From the NCBI RefSeq assembly GCF_018977255.1, contig NW_024704742.1, forward strand, positions 20,338,001 through 20,402,000: DNA of 64,000 nucleotides. The letters are read 5' to 3'. The translations under genes were made by a program, and so were the position numbers. Positions 24,696-38,605 of this stretch are shown here, piece by piece (position 1 is the first letter of the stretch; each line of letters starts with the position of its first letter). The stretch is from Callorhinchus milii. Taxonomy: Eukaryota. The notes under the pieces are model-generated. The model was not told where the DNA came from and searched no databases. It saw only the letters and a list, made by a program, of their open reading frames with translations.

Positions 24696-25807
24696 CATTT
24701 TGACAACCCCATCCCTCAAAAAAATTTAACTTAAAATAACCCATAATATTGTAGAAGAAAACAATCCTCAAAATCTTCATCTCTGTCTCCTCCAGATTAA
24801 ACAATACCGTTCCGAAAAATCCATAAATACAAAGATTGGATAAGCTGTAAAACGTTGAAGAAAGATTGTTTTTACCAGTTTTCATTTCAATGCTAATAAA
24901 ATGCAATTTAACTTACCAGTTGCAAAAGATTTTGTACTATATAAAAATACTGTGAAAACTTCCCATATATTGCATTTTAATATAAGCTCGATTAACTTGT
25001 ACAGTATGTGCCAACTTTACTTAACTGTTAGCTATACTGCCAGCAATCCAGTTTGAAAAAGTTGCCGCATAGAGTGCCAGTGACAAAAAAATTAAACGTA
25101 AACATTTTCTGCATCATTCTACTTGACTGCAATTTACTGAGGAAGTCATACATTTTAGTTAGTAAATACAATAATAATCCTTGCATTTGATTTTGCGCAT
25201 CATCGCGGCATTGAAAGTCTCAAAGTTCTTCACAGGATTTGCTATAAATTGCAGTGACTGTGTATTTGCAGGTGAACACGTCAGCCAATTTGTGTACATC
25301 AATGTCCAGCAAGTATACAGGTTCAGTTGTAGGTGGAGTGACAAGGTTATAGGTTCAAGCACATGTGGGGGACTTTGAGCTCATAGTCTAAGTCAAGATG
25401 ACACTACAATGTGGCGCTGGGGTTTGTTTGCATATTCTGACAATCATGACTTTTTAATCCACACTGAAATATATTGGATTTTTAAAAAAAAAATAATAGG
25501 TATCTACGCAGGGAGTTGGCGTAGTCAAACCTGGATGTATTAAATGCATGGATGAGAGTTTTGATTTTAAAAAAAGGTGTTAATTTTCTGCAATGATTTA
25601 AAAAACACATTGCGTTTTTAAGAAAATGAAACGATTCCACGGATTTAACATTTAGAAATAACCATGACAAGGTTTTATTAAAAAATGAATACACTGGGAG
25701 AGTTGTCATTTTTTTAGGGTACACTGATAACTGTAATACATTCACCATTTGTAAATTCCACGGAGATGGATCCTGCGCTGTGTCCTCCTAGCTATGTGAA
25801 AGTCACA

Positions 25808-26580
25808 CAATAACAACAACAAATTATAGTTGTATAGCGCCTTTCATGTTGAGAGGATGTCCCAAGGTGCTGGACAGTCAGAGATTTGGACCCGAGCAGG
25901 AAGTTGGGATGAAGAGCGGTGAAGGGCAGGGAGGGTAGGAAGGTGGCCAAAGGCACGGTCAAAGAGGAGGGTCTTGAGATGTACCTTGAACAAGACAAGG
26001 AAGGGAATGAGACGAAGGCAATGAGCGTTGGAGTTCCAAAGAGTGGGGGGCAGAAAGACTGAAGGCCCAACCATCGATGGTGGGGCAGGTTGGGTGGGGG
26101 ATGTGGAGCAGGCCAGAGCCTGCTGAGTGGAGGGAGTGAACAGGTTGAAATGGTGTTAGCAAGTCACAGAGTCAGGAAGAACTAAGGCAATGGAGGGCTT
26201 TGAAGGCGAGGATGAGGATGAACTCTACCCTCTGGGGGATGGGGAGCCAGTAAAGCCGGATGGGGGGAGGAGGAGATAGGGTCACAGAGGTAGGGTACGA
26301 GAGAGGACATAGACTGCAGAGTTCTGGACAATCTGCAGCTTGTGGAGGGAAGAGTTGGAAAGGGCGGCAAGTAGGGAATTGGCATAGTCAAGCCTAGATA
26401 TAATAATTGCATGGATGAGGGTTTCGGCAGCCTGAGGGGAGAGGCAGTGGTGGAGCTGGGCGATGTTGCGGCGGTGGGTGAAGGCAGAGTGGGTCATGGC
26501 ATGGATGTGGGGTAGGAAGGTCAGTTGAGGGGCAAACAAGACACCAAAGTTCTGGACTGGCTCGGTCAGGTAAATTGCAG
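25808..26580 (-). mobile_element. 5'-truncated L2 LINE
   Basis: ORFs PVQNFGVLF..AETLIHAIIISRLDYANSLL and LWNS..FKVHLKTLLF; (caa)n tail. Confidence 0.9.
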
Positions 26581-29500
26581 AACTGTGTATTTGCAAGAAA
26601 ATCTATAACATTGCATTTTACAACATATGCTATGATGGACTTTGAGACATTCTCCTTGTTGCATGCTGCTTTAAGACTTAATTGTCAATTGGACATTGAC
26701 AATGTGAAGCAAGCATAAAAGGATTCTGGGGAAGTGACTGGGTAGATGGTGGAAGAGGGTGGAAGGTTTAAATAAAGGAACTCGTGAATCTAAACTATGT
26801 TTTGGATTTACAAACATTACACTCCTGACTTAAAAGGCAATATACCAAATGCAAGAATTATATTTTATTTTTTATTCCAGATGCTCCACACATCTGTGGA
26901 GGTAGACCAGTTGGCGGTCAAAGAGTCTAAGGTCTGGTGCAACCTTGAATTACAATTCCAGTAAAGTATACCTCAAAGAAACATAAACCTTTCAGCACAG
27001 TAAAATTAATTGCATCCATTTCCCTCCCCTACCTCATGGACAACAGCTGAACTCAGATTATGTTGCTCAGGTGCCAAAAACTTCTATTTAGGGACCTTTT
27101 TGACTTAATGGCAAGTTTTAAAAGGGTTGTGACCTAATTAATTGATTTGCGACTTCTAGTTTTGCTGCAAGCTTGTAATTGTGCATTTGTAGTCCTGACC
27201 TTACAATGACATTTCTAAGCCATAGCACAGAAAGAGCATTCCAAGTATGTTGCTATATCTCTGGAGGCATTCCCTCATAGAACTGCTGTATCTCCTCTCA
27301 TGTATTAGTCTCTGAATTTTTGTTTGGTTGCAATTTACAGACATCAAATAAAATGGATTAAGATAATTTTGATCTCTCCAGAACAGTCAGAAAGGCTAGT
27401 TAAATTCTACATAAAGAGAATTACGACAACGTGCTGGCATTTTGAAAATTCAAGACAATCAGACACATGCCTCATGTAAGCACTTGCTTGCATAGAGTTG
27501 TCACTGTTCCTATTGTTTACATGCCCAGAGGCATGCAAATAATCGGTAGAATGAATGGAAAAAGAACGTGCAAGATTTTGTTTCAAGACAGCGGCTGCCT
27601 GGTCACATTTTCATTGCAAAACCTGAGTTGAAGCACCTTTGGGCAAGAGCAGATATTAAAATATATTTTCTAAAATGTCCCTGGATTAACTTTGTCATAT
27701 ATTTTTGTGTCAAAAAGCATGATCCAGGACAAGCCTACGGTACCAATTAAATCAGAATAAACATTTTAACCTTTTACCACAACTGTCTTTTGGCGGAGAA
27801 AAAGCTGCAAGCGGCTTTTCGTTTTACAATGAAATATTATCTTAAGAACTCGGCTGATATTTTTTCATAAACATTGCTATTACTATGTGAATGCCAAAAT
27901 GAAGGCTGACTGTCAGGGTTGGTGCCATCATGTGAAAATCACATGATTGTGAGTGTCAGTCCAGCATGACAAAAATGGACTTGATCTACTTAGAAGAAGT
28001 CAGTGTTTATATTCCAGTTTCTTCACTCCTAGCACTGTGATACCCTTAGTCTAGTCACTTCTGCACATTTCTAGCATTTCTAGCATCTCTATACAGGATG
28101 TGGATTTCCTTACCCAGTGTATATATTGTTTTGCCTAGTTGGGTGTTTGTTTGCTATGCAGCATGTTTATAGATCTCCTGCACTGAAAATGTTTTAAATT
28201 GACACCAAATCAGGATTCATAATAAACATTTTCCTATTCTGTTATAAAGCATGCGCTGTGGTTGTCTTGAGACATATCAATATGTTTTCACTACATTTCT
28301 GCTTTCTGGTTATTTGCATCTCATATGTAAAAAAAAAGCCTTGCATTTGATAAAGTGCCTTTCATATCAGGAGGATGTCTCAAAGCTCTTCACAGGATAT
28401 GTGTGTGTAAAATTGTGAAAAAAATTGTAAACTGTTACACTACTGAGATGAAGAATACATGACACTCACCTTTGCTCTGAGGATAAATGAGAAATCATAA
28501 TGGTAACATCATGTCCCAATTGTTCAATTGTGTGACAGAAAAATAAGGCACTAATTATGTACAACTAGAAAGAAACATCCAGCATGCAGGAGAGTTAATG
28601 CCCATCAGGTAGAAGCTTGGCTTTATCTGTCAGTGATCTGACCCATGTTACAAAGAAAGTAATAGAAATGGAAAGAGTATGTAGCAATGGGTCTGAAAGG
28701 TAAGCTTCTGTTATAGGAAGAAACTTGAACTGATCAAAAAAGAATGTGCATCTGCTTTTACATTCATCAACTACACTATTATATAAACTTGCACCTTGTG
28801 ACTGAATTCCAACTTGATTTTCAATTAAATTCGCCTAATCCTCCTTTCAGTTAAGCCAAAGCAGTAGAACAAGAGGGCAGAGGATCAGTGTTGTTGAGGG
28901 CAAGCTTGCAACAGAGAGCAAGGAAATATTTCTTTACAAAGTGGTCAATCAACAGCTGAAATGAGTTACGAGGACCTGTAGCAGAGACAATAATATTGTA
29001 TTAATTTAAGAAATAGTTTGATGCTGTAATGTGAAGTGAGTTCTGGAAGGTTCAAATAGGCCAAAACATTTATTCATCTCTTCTGATCTGAATCCACACT
29101 TGCCTTTAGTAATGCAAATCCTGTAGAGTATTTACTCTCCAATGACTAAATACAGATTTTGACATGTACAAGATTACAGCCCTGTGTAATACAATACAAA
29201 ATTACATTTGCATGGTTCCTTTCACGTCGGGAGGATGTCCTAAGGTGCTGGACAGTCAGGAATTTGGACCTGAGCCGGGGAGAGAGGGTGGGTGGAGGGC
29301 AGGGAGGGTAGGAGGATGATTGAAGGCTTGGACAAACACTGGTGGCCATCGAAATAGTCACCCAAGTCCTCATTCTTGATGTGTGAACCCAGATAATAAG
29401 TGTTTCCTGGATAATTGATAGTTGGGCATCATAACTGAGCCCAGTCCTTTCTTTAAGCACATTCACATTATGGATTATGAATTATGATATAAAGCTCCCT

Positions 29501-29644
29501 ACCAATGAGTCCTACAAGCCTAACTCCAATCTCAGAAGCGTACCTGCATTGGAATGTCTGACGAGTTCTGGTACAGGCATTGTATATACCCAGTTAGAAG
29601 TTTTCTCATAGACAATATTTAAACAGTGTGATTGAAATACAATC

Positions 29645-31410
29645 TACAACAACAAAATTACATTTGTAAAGGGCCTTTCACATCGGAAGGATGTCCAAAG
29701 GTGCTGGACAGACAGAGTTACAGACCCGAGCTGGGGGTCGGGGTGGGGAGGGTGGAGGGCAGTGGGGGAAGCAGGGAGATCGAAAGCACAGTTGCAACAA
29801 GAGGAGGGTCTTGAGATGGGTCTTGAAGGTGGTGAGGGAGGGGAAAAGGCAGAGGGACTGCTGAGGGGAAGGAGCAAACAGGATGGTAGGGGGTTAGCAG
29901 AATGCAGAGGTAGGGGGGAGCAAGACCGTGGCTTTGAAGGTGAGGACCAGGATCTTGAACTGTATCCTCTGTGTGATGGGAAGCCAGTGGAGTTGGGCGA
30001 GGATGGGGGTGATAGGGTCCTGGAGCCTAGTGCTAGAAGAGGACACGGGCTGCAGAGTTCTGGATGATCTGCAGCCTGTGGAGGGAGAGTTGGAGAGGCC
30101 GACAAGCAATGAGTTTGCATAGTCGAGCCTCAATGTGATGAATTCGTGTATGAGGGTTTCGGCGGCCTGCGGTGAGAGACATTGTCGGAGCCGGGCGACG
30201 TTGCGGATGTGGGCGAAGGCAGAACGGGTCATAGTGCAGATATGGGGTAGAATGGATAGTTCAGGGTCAAACAAGACCCCAAGGTTCTGGACTGGCTTAG
30301 CAAGATGGAGTGTACAACCATGGATGGTGATGCTGTTAGCGCCTGAGGTAATGAGGCACTGATGGGAGCCTCGGTCTTCTTGACGTTCAACTGTAGAAAG
30401 TTAGCTCTCATCCAGGACTTGATGTCTGACATACATTCTGTCAGGACAGCAGTGCTCCTGGAGTCAAGGGCGGAGGCAGAGAGGTAGTTGGGTGTCATCT
30501 GCAATACATGTGGAAGTTGACCCCATGTCTGCGGAAGATGTCACCAAGAGGGAGCATATTGAAGTGGAGGGGACCAAGGACAGAGCCCTAAGGAACACTG
30601 CACAAGACAGTCCAGGGGTTAGAGGAGAAGCCGTTTGTGGAGATGAAGTGCAGGCGGTGTGAGAGGTAGGATCTGAACCAGTCAAGGACAGAGACATGGA
30701 AGCTGAGGTGAGAGGAGAGGTGGTGGATGAGGATAGAGTGGTTGACAGTGTCGAAGGAGGACGAGGAGGCAGAGGGAACCCTGATCGCAGATGGACAGAA
30801 TGTCATTTGTCACTTTGACCAGGGTGGTTTCTGTGCTGTGGGCGGCACGGAAGCCTGATTGGAGGTGTTCAAGAAGGGAGTGGGGGGAGAGGAAGGAGTG
30901 AAGCTGAGAAGCAACAACTCATTCCAGGAACTTGGAGAGAAAAGGGGAGGTTGGAGATGGGGCAGTAGTTAGGGAGTAGAGAAGAGTCCGGGAGGATTTT
31001 TTAAGGATAGGAGTGATGACAGCTTTTTATAATGGGGTGGGAACAGTACCAGTGGACAGGGAGCGGTTTATGATGTTAGTGAGTAGAGGGGCAAGGAGGT
31101 GGAGCTGGGAGGTAAGGAGAGGGGTCGGGATGGGGTTGAGGGAGACAGTTGCAAAGGTGTGGAGGGAGAGATGGGTAGGGACCAGGTTGGGAGGAGGAGA
31201 TGGGGAGGGGGTAGCAGATGCAGTGGAAGAGGCAGTTGAGCGGATTCCCTCGACTTTGGATTCGAGGAAGTCCAGCATCGCCCTGCAGTTGGCATTTGAG
31301 GTGAGGATGGGTGAGGCATGAGAGGATGGGCAGAGAAGCCAGTTCATGATGGAGAAGAGGTGCCTGGGGTTGTCCTTAGGCTCCAAGATTGTCTTGGAGT
31401 AGAACGACCA
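29645..31410 (-). mobile_element. Degenerate L2 LINE, RT region to 3' tail
   Basis: Frameshifted RT motifs [36 protein letters not shown] and TLRLDYANSLL; tail at 29645. Confidence 0.92.
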
Positions 31411-33159
31411 TCTAAGCATGACTCCCTTATGTAAAGAACATTGAGCAGTTCATTTGCAATAGTTTGTGCATGGAAGTTTAATGGGCAAAAAATCATCATG
31501 TAGCACAGTAAAGATTCATACCAAAACCTCACCACACAAAACTGTGCTCAACTCCACCATGAATACAGATTAAAGGCATTTTTGGTGCCTGTTCAAATCA
31601 CATAAAATATTGATCTTCAAAGGAAAATATGCTTTTCAATTTTACTGAGACAGAGTTGGTACACCTTAAACTACTCAATTATAGGGAACATATTAAAGTG
31701 AAATCCTGCTCACAATAGTAAAATGTCACTGGAACAGAAGCCAGCTGCCGAGCTGCATACAAAGTATTAGACGGACATTAAATTAAAGGTGAATGGAGGG
31801 AAACAACCTGTTACCAAGGGCAACTGAAGAGAAGACAAATTTGAGAAAGTCAAACACAAATGAGCTGTCTCAGAAACTTGATTGAATGTCAAAAAGGGTC
31901 ACCGTAAGAAGAATAATTGATCCCAAACAGCTTGAGGAGCTTAAAAGTAAATTTGGGCAAAATTAAAGTAGCAGCAACACAACGTAAAGATCCTCTGATC
32001 AGAAATTCAAGCTGTTGAACTGTTTCTATCTATTAGATGTTAAATAGATTTTGTCTGTGCATGAAGGTTTTGTTTGTTTTGCTAAATTGTAATATTTGCA
32101 GCAGCAAAAACAATTACAATCAATGGTTGGAGATTTTAGGAGGTGGAATGCTGGAGATTTTAAGTAAAGTAATATTACAGTATCAATCAAAACAAAATAA
32201 AAACCACAGCCAATATTAATTTACAATGCAGATTGATGGAAATCATTCATTAAAATGCCCATTTTTAGAGAAATTGACTCTCTGTCCCCTTGCTCACGGT
32301 CCATTACCACTACTGTAAAGCAATCTGAGATGCTTTTCTATGTGAAGAATGCTATATTAATACAAATTGTTGTTGTAAATTGAGAACATATTTCCCATTA
32401 TTGCACAGGTATTAAACATAACTGGACATGTTTCAGTGCTTCTAATGGACTAAGAACAAAGATCAACCATTGGCTTGTTCAACTCACTCCATTTTCTGTG
32501 CTATTGCACAGCATCTATTCAAATAATTTTAATCTCCTTCCTGTTGATACTAACCTTATGCAGTCTTATAACCTTGCACCACAAATCTGCCTATCTTCTT
32601 TTTGAATGTTTAAGGTGAGTTCACACTTGCTGGCTTAAGTAAATTATTTTAGGTTCAGGGGAATCAATTGTTCAGCTACATTTTATTTCAATAGATATTT
32701 ACCTTCTGATCATATTGCCCAGTTTGGCATAAAGAGCTTTGCTTCCCTTCACCATTCCCTCCCTATGTGAGAACAATTTTAGATAAATAATGCAACATTA
32801 GCTCTCAGATCTTCGACCTATGTGGACAAGGAGACAATCATTTTACTCTGAGAAGTGTTATTCTATACATAATAAGGAAATTGGGAAAATATAACAGTAT
32901 TCTTGTTATGGTATCAGCTTATCTACAAATTACAAACAGATGGAAATTGTTAATAATTTATTGCAATGTTTAAGTAGTTCATGATTTGTTTTAGCATCAG
33001 ACACATTTGCTGGATATGATTTTTTTAAAAAACAGAATTTCCTTTTGGTTTGAGAGTTGCTGAGGCCAGTCTATTGTCTCTTTATCGATGCTGGACAATT
33101 TCATTGCCGTTGGTGAGTTTACATACATCAAAGACATGAAATGAATGGCAAATTTTATT

Positions 33160-33400
33160 TGGGGGATTGTCGGCCAGGACACCGGGAAAATTGCATTCTC
33201 TTTTCAAATTCGTGGCATGCGAACTTTAATGTCTACCCGAACATACAGACAGGATCTCGGTTTAATGTCATCTGAAGAATGACACCTCTATCAATGCAGT
33301 GTATTCCCAACATTACACTGAAATAGTAGCCTAAGTTATATGAATTTTTAGTCCCAAGGTGGGGGTTTCTGATTCAGAAGTGTGAGTGCTGACACACTCA
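33160..33400 (-). mobile_element. Deu-domain SINE 5' half
   Basis: ggccaggacaccggg..tttaatgtctacc..acagacaggatctcggtttaatgtcatctgaag..ttctgattcaga. Confidence 0.7.
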
Positions 33401-33555
33401 GCTTTATTGAAGGCTGTGAATAGTTAAATTAGTGGCATTATCTACCTTGTCTGTCCCCTATTCACTGTTTTCATTGAAACTGTAACTTTCTGAATGGCAC
33501 AAATTGACTCCCTTATTACATTAAGAGTCCTTGTAAGCAGATTGCCCGTTTTTTT

Positions 33556-33716
33556 AAAACAAAAACAGAAGTCACTGGGAACACTCAGGAAGTCTATGGA
33601 GAAAAGAAAGTGAGTCAACGTTTCGGGTCCACGACCCTTCGTCTGACACGCTGAGTGTTCCCAGCGATTTCTGTTTTTGTTTTCAGATTTCCAGCATCTG
33701 TAGTACTTTGTGTTTT
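33556..33716. mobile_element. Palindromic Penelope-like element terminal remnant
   Basis: 33-bp inverted arms at 33556-33588 and 33651-33683 (31/33 match) enclosing a hammerhead-like core; same family as 44664-44854. Confidence 0.7.
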
Positions 33717-36352
33717 GCCTGTTTTTTGACTATTTCTTCTGTCTCTTTCAGTCAAAGTCCAGCTCTTCCTCCTCTTTCTCTCACAGAATATGTGATGAAT
33801 TGGTTTCTGTCAAAGGCCTTTCCCATACACAAGTACTCCGCATATGTCTGTCACACAGCTTTCAGATATCCTGTTCCATTCTTAGAAATCCCAAATAACC
33901 TCTCTGAGACTCTCTGGCACAGAGACATATTGCCATATTGCTAAAATCCTTGATTGGTATCCAGGGCAGCAAATCAGGGTCACTTCCTTCCAGAAGCCCT
34001 CCAGAAACCCCCAATGCTAGACCCGCAATCTTAAGGCTGTCCTGTGACATCTTATTATCAGGTTAAATCTATATTTTATTTATCGGTAAATCTGAGGTAC
34101 ATGGCATTTCAGAAATTTTAATAACAATACTTCAGCAGTTTAATAGGCTGAAATCATCTAGATTTCTTCAACTGACTTTTTTTAACTACACTCTAATACA
34201 ATAGTTTAATATTGATGCCAACAATGCTCGAGGACTACTGGTAGCTTTTGCAATTATTCATACAGCTAATAATATTCCTATTGCCAAAAGCAATAAATAA
34301 AAATCCTTTGAAAATACACAACTGCTTAATTTCTCAAGATTGCTTTGAAGACCTCTAACCTGTAAATAAGTGGATGTTTGCTTTAATTTGTTGAGTTGTC
34401 TTGGTGCTCTTCCCACAAGAAAAATATTTTTTACGATTCACAAATAAGGGAAAGGGGAAATCTAAGAGTTTGCCATGGTTTACAATAGGAAATCCACATT
34501 TCATTCTGTGGATTAGAATCAGAAAGTGACAAAGAACTACTTTTTTCCTTTCCAATCAGATGGGCATCAGTAATATAGAGAGAGACATACTTTTGCACTT
34601 GGGTATCTGGTGACAATATTAACTATTCTGTACTCCTAAGTAAATTATAGTGCCATTATACTGCTGTCTAACTCAAACCCCTGTAGTGCACTTGTTACTC
34701 TAACATCTTTTTTTCTATTTCCATACAATTTCAGCACAGTCTTCTGAGAGATGAGACTCGAGAGATGAGAATTAGGGTCAGTCTATGCTGTAGCTTCTTC
34801 TACATTGGGGACCAGAGTGAAATTGCCTAAAACAATTTTACTTGTGAACCTTATTCAGATGCACATAAACATTGTATTTGACAATTGAGGTACAGAAATA
34901 TTTTATCACCAAATAAATTTGGCTCATTTATAATTGCTGTCACCAGTGACACCCAGCTCAGTTGTCAATTTCAGCTCATTCAGGAAGCTGTTTCATGTGC
35001 AGTACTTGTTAATTCCATATTTGCAAGTTTGTGCAATTTCTCCTTTTTAGATCAATGTATTATGCCCAACAAAGCACTATAGAATAGCTTTGTGAATCAT
35101 TGGTGTTCCAGCCACATTTGGAACATTGCACAATAGGCAGAACCCTACTTTCAAAAGGACATGGATGAAATGGAGATGTTTCAGGGAATTGTGAAAAGGC
35201 AAAGATTCTGAAGAGTGATGGACAAAACAGAACTTGAGATTGAGAGGAAACCTGATCCACATTTGAAAATGTTAAAAGCAATGCATAATGCAGATAATGA
35301 ACATTTAAAGGGTTATTTGACTTGAATGCAGGACTGAATATGAATTTTATATGAATATAAAATGAACAATGCCTGGAGATTAGCAAAAAATATTTTTTTC
35401 CTGCAGAGTGGCAAATGTACAGAGTGGACTCCAGCTGCAAGAAGTTAATAGTAAGTTGTTTAATACGTTTAAAATTAGTTGAATGATTAGCTGGAATTAA
35501 CATTCATAAGGATAAGTAGCAATAGTAATAATAAAATTAAAGTTTTATGAGGCAGGTGTGGGGCTTTAATATCTCGTTTAAATCTCACCCCCACCCCCCA
35601 CTATCCTCTGAACTGCCATCCAGGCTCTCACTTGCTCTACTTTCCCACACCTCTGCAACATCTCCCACCTCCACCACCACTTCTATCCCAGCCTGCTCTG
35701 ATTCTCATTCACGTCCTTATCACCTGAGTCAAGTCTGAGTACTTGAACTATGCAATTTGAGTTGTTTTGATGATGTTTTGAGATGCTAATTCAAATGCAA
35801 AGATTATTATTACACCTATCTTACAAATTGTATGTTAGCAGACAGAAACCACCTTTGGAGTTTCTGCTGGAAGACAGAATGGCAACATGGGTTGCAATTG
35901 ACAATTCCTGCCAGCCTTTGGAATATACAATGGTGGGAATCTTGAAATTGTTATTGCCTTTGAAGCTGCAGCAATGAAAAGTAAATAGAACCTACATGTG
36001 GGACTGCCCATACTGAGGATTTAATGTAGGCAGAGTCCATATATATTGCCAACAAGTGTTTAGAAATTCTGGATGGTGGTGGTCTTGATTGCCACAGAAA
36101 GGTTTGACCAAGCTATAGGACTCCCTGGAGCAAATGATCCAGCTTTCTCACTCATTTCCTCCTCCGGAGGATATGAAAGCATTGTTTCCAAATTTCTGCA
36201 GAGCCTGTACCTTCTAAAGCTGCAGGGCATAGTTCAGCTCTGATGGCCTCTGTGCTCCCTTGGGTTCTCCTACTCAGCAATAAGCTAGCTCACAATGATT
36301 GGTGCAATCCCCACTGTTATTCCCTACAGTGCACTAAGTGATCCATCTAAGT

Positions 36353-36710
36353 GGAGTCCTATAGCTCAGTGATTAGAGCACTCGCCTTGTAAGCCAGAGA
36401 CCTGGGTTTGATTCCCTAGCAGAGCGAAATGTTGAGGAAGTTTCCTCCCTCCACACAATTCTGTTTACCCAGCAGTAAGTAGGAACCTGGTTGAAAATTG
36501 ATTGGCAGTTTGCTTGTCCAAGGGCAATAATTCCTTCAAAAAAAATTATAATTTGGTCACTCAATCCACAAATGTTTGTGGGACACTGCTGTGCGCAATT
36601 GGCTGCCACAAAATATACAGTCAATTCACTTTACAGTATATTCTGTGAAGTGGTTTGAGGCATCTCAACGACATAATAACGCACTATATCAAATGCAAAG
36701 ATTATTATTA
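36353..36710 (+). mobile_element. Full-length tRNA-derived SINE
   Basis: ggagtcctatagctcagtgattagagcactcgccttgtaagc..gggtttgattccc head and (tta)n tail. Confidence 0.9.
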
Positions 36711-36872
36711 TGTACTCCCTTTGAGGAAGTATTATAGAACATGAATTTGTTAGAAGCAGTTTGCTGGCCCCAAACATCGGTGAATACTGATTTTTATGAC
36801 TAAAATCAGAAACCAATAAATCAAGTTATAAAGGAGTACTGGAGAAACTCAGGTCCTGTAGATTTGAGAGGA

Positions 36873-37075
36873 AACAACAACAACAAGATTGCATTTATAG
36901 AGCGCCTTTCACGTCGGGAGGACGTCCCAAGGCGCTGGACAGTTGGGTTGGGACCCGAGCAGGGGGGAGATGGTCAGGGTGAGGGGAGGGAAGGGAGGGA
37001 GCGAGGAGGGGAGGGAAGGGAGGGAGCAAGGAAAGGCTAGAGAGTCGAGAGGGGAGCTGAAGGCACGGTTGAAGA
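36873..37075 (-). mobile_element. Young L2 3' end (a second tail follows at 37078-37145)
   Basis: (aac)n gattgcatttatagagcgcctttcacgtcgggaggacgtcccaaggcgctggacag with CpGs retained. Confidence 0.88.
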
Positions 37076-38189
37076 GAAACAACAACAATGACAACAAATT
37101 ACATTTGTATACAGCCTTTCACATCAGGAGGACATCCCAAGGTGCGGTAAAGAAACACCGGGGATCTTATAGAGAATTCTTAACAAGATACGAGAAAATA
37201 AATACAAATAATACTTTCAGATACCCTAAGGCACTTGAACAAAAACTTAATAGATTCAGGATTGTAGAAGATAATTTTAGCACAGACACCAGACTATATT
37301 TCTTTACACAAAGGATAATCAACAGCTACCAGGAACGGTGGTCGAAACTAAGATATTGGACTCTTGTAAGAAACAGCTTGTAATGGGAAGACATAATTAA
37401 GACAGTAGATTGATATTTCTGGAAATGAGGCTTGTTCATCTCAACCTCTCTTGTGATTTTGTGCTATTCCGATGTCTCATAACAATAGCATGTCAACACA
37501 AAACAGGCAGGGGATTCTGAACATCAGTGTGTAATTATATTAAATGTAAGTTTTTTAAAATGCAATTTCCATGTGGCGCATTGGAAGAAAAATATTGTAG
37601 AAAATGTCCAGGAAGAAAATTTACTTCAGCAATAACTTATATTGAACAACACCTGTTTCCAATATGTTTGCATTCACTTTCACCTAGAGTAATACACCTG
37701 CAGAAATGCGCTGGTCTTCAGAGCAAATTGAACTTTAAAGGCTCTAAGAAGCTCAATTGTCGTTTCAAATTAAAGCACTCCAGGAAATGTTTTTAAAACT
37801 TAACAGAATATTATAGTGAACCGATCTGAAGTGAAGATCCCCTTTAATGTGATTGTGATTTTTTTTCCCTAATGCCCACCTTGTTTTCTAGCTTGGCGTT
37901 ATGTCATCAGGAGTTTGTGCTTTTCGTATTGGGTAGATGCCTCAAGTCCCAGATAATTTACTGTGAATTGTGGTGACTGCATATTTTCTAGGAAATATGG
38001 CAGACAATTTGCACACAATAATACCCCACCAACAGCCATGAAGTAAATGATAAATTTTATCTGGGGGAATGTTAGCCAGGATTATGTGTTAGAGACATGT
38101 CATGAGGGTGAAACCTATATCATTTTGACTCAGAGGTGAGTGTGCTATCAACTATGTCAGGCTGACACCTACATTCTTCAATTAAGGTA

Positions 38190-38605
38190 AGACAACTTAA
38201 AGGGGGCCTAATAGACTTGTTTAAGATTATGAAAGGCTTTGATAAACTGAATGTTGATAAGCTCTTCCCACTTATTGGTGAGTCCCAAACTAGAGGGCAT
38301 AAGTATAAAAAGGCAGTAGCAGATCTAATAGGAAGTTTAGGTTTAGGAGGAATATCTTGATGCAGTGAGGGGTAAGAATGTGAAACTAACTACTAGAGTC
38401 TGGAGTCAAAGGAAAAGCCTTGATGGATTTAAGAGAAAATCTGATGCATACTTGATGGATAAGCAAATAGAGGGGGACAGGTGAGGGGGTTAGGTTAGGG
38501 GGGATAGGAGGGATGGGGACGTGTGTGGAGTATAAACACTGGCATTGACTAGTTTTGCCAAATGGCTATTTGTGTGCCAATAATTCAATGTAACGCTATG
38601 TAAGT
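38190..38605 (+). mobile_element. Decayed CR1 LINE 3' end
   Basis: LKGGLIDLFKIMKGFD-like frame, then aactagagggcataagtataaa and a 3' UTR ending aattcaatgtaacgctatgtaa. Confidence 0.7.

Noticed and set aside
33480..33510. Minus-strand CAIQ codons resembling the next FSTL5 exon
   Set aside because: Flanking codons do not match and the frame soon reaches a stop.
35060..35503. 147-aa minus-strand ORF
   Set aside because: Low-information translation overlapping decayed CR1-like sequence; no FSTL5 similarity.
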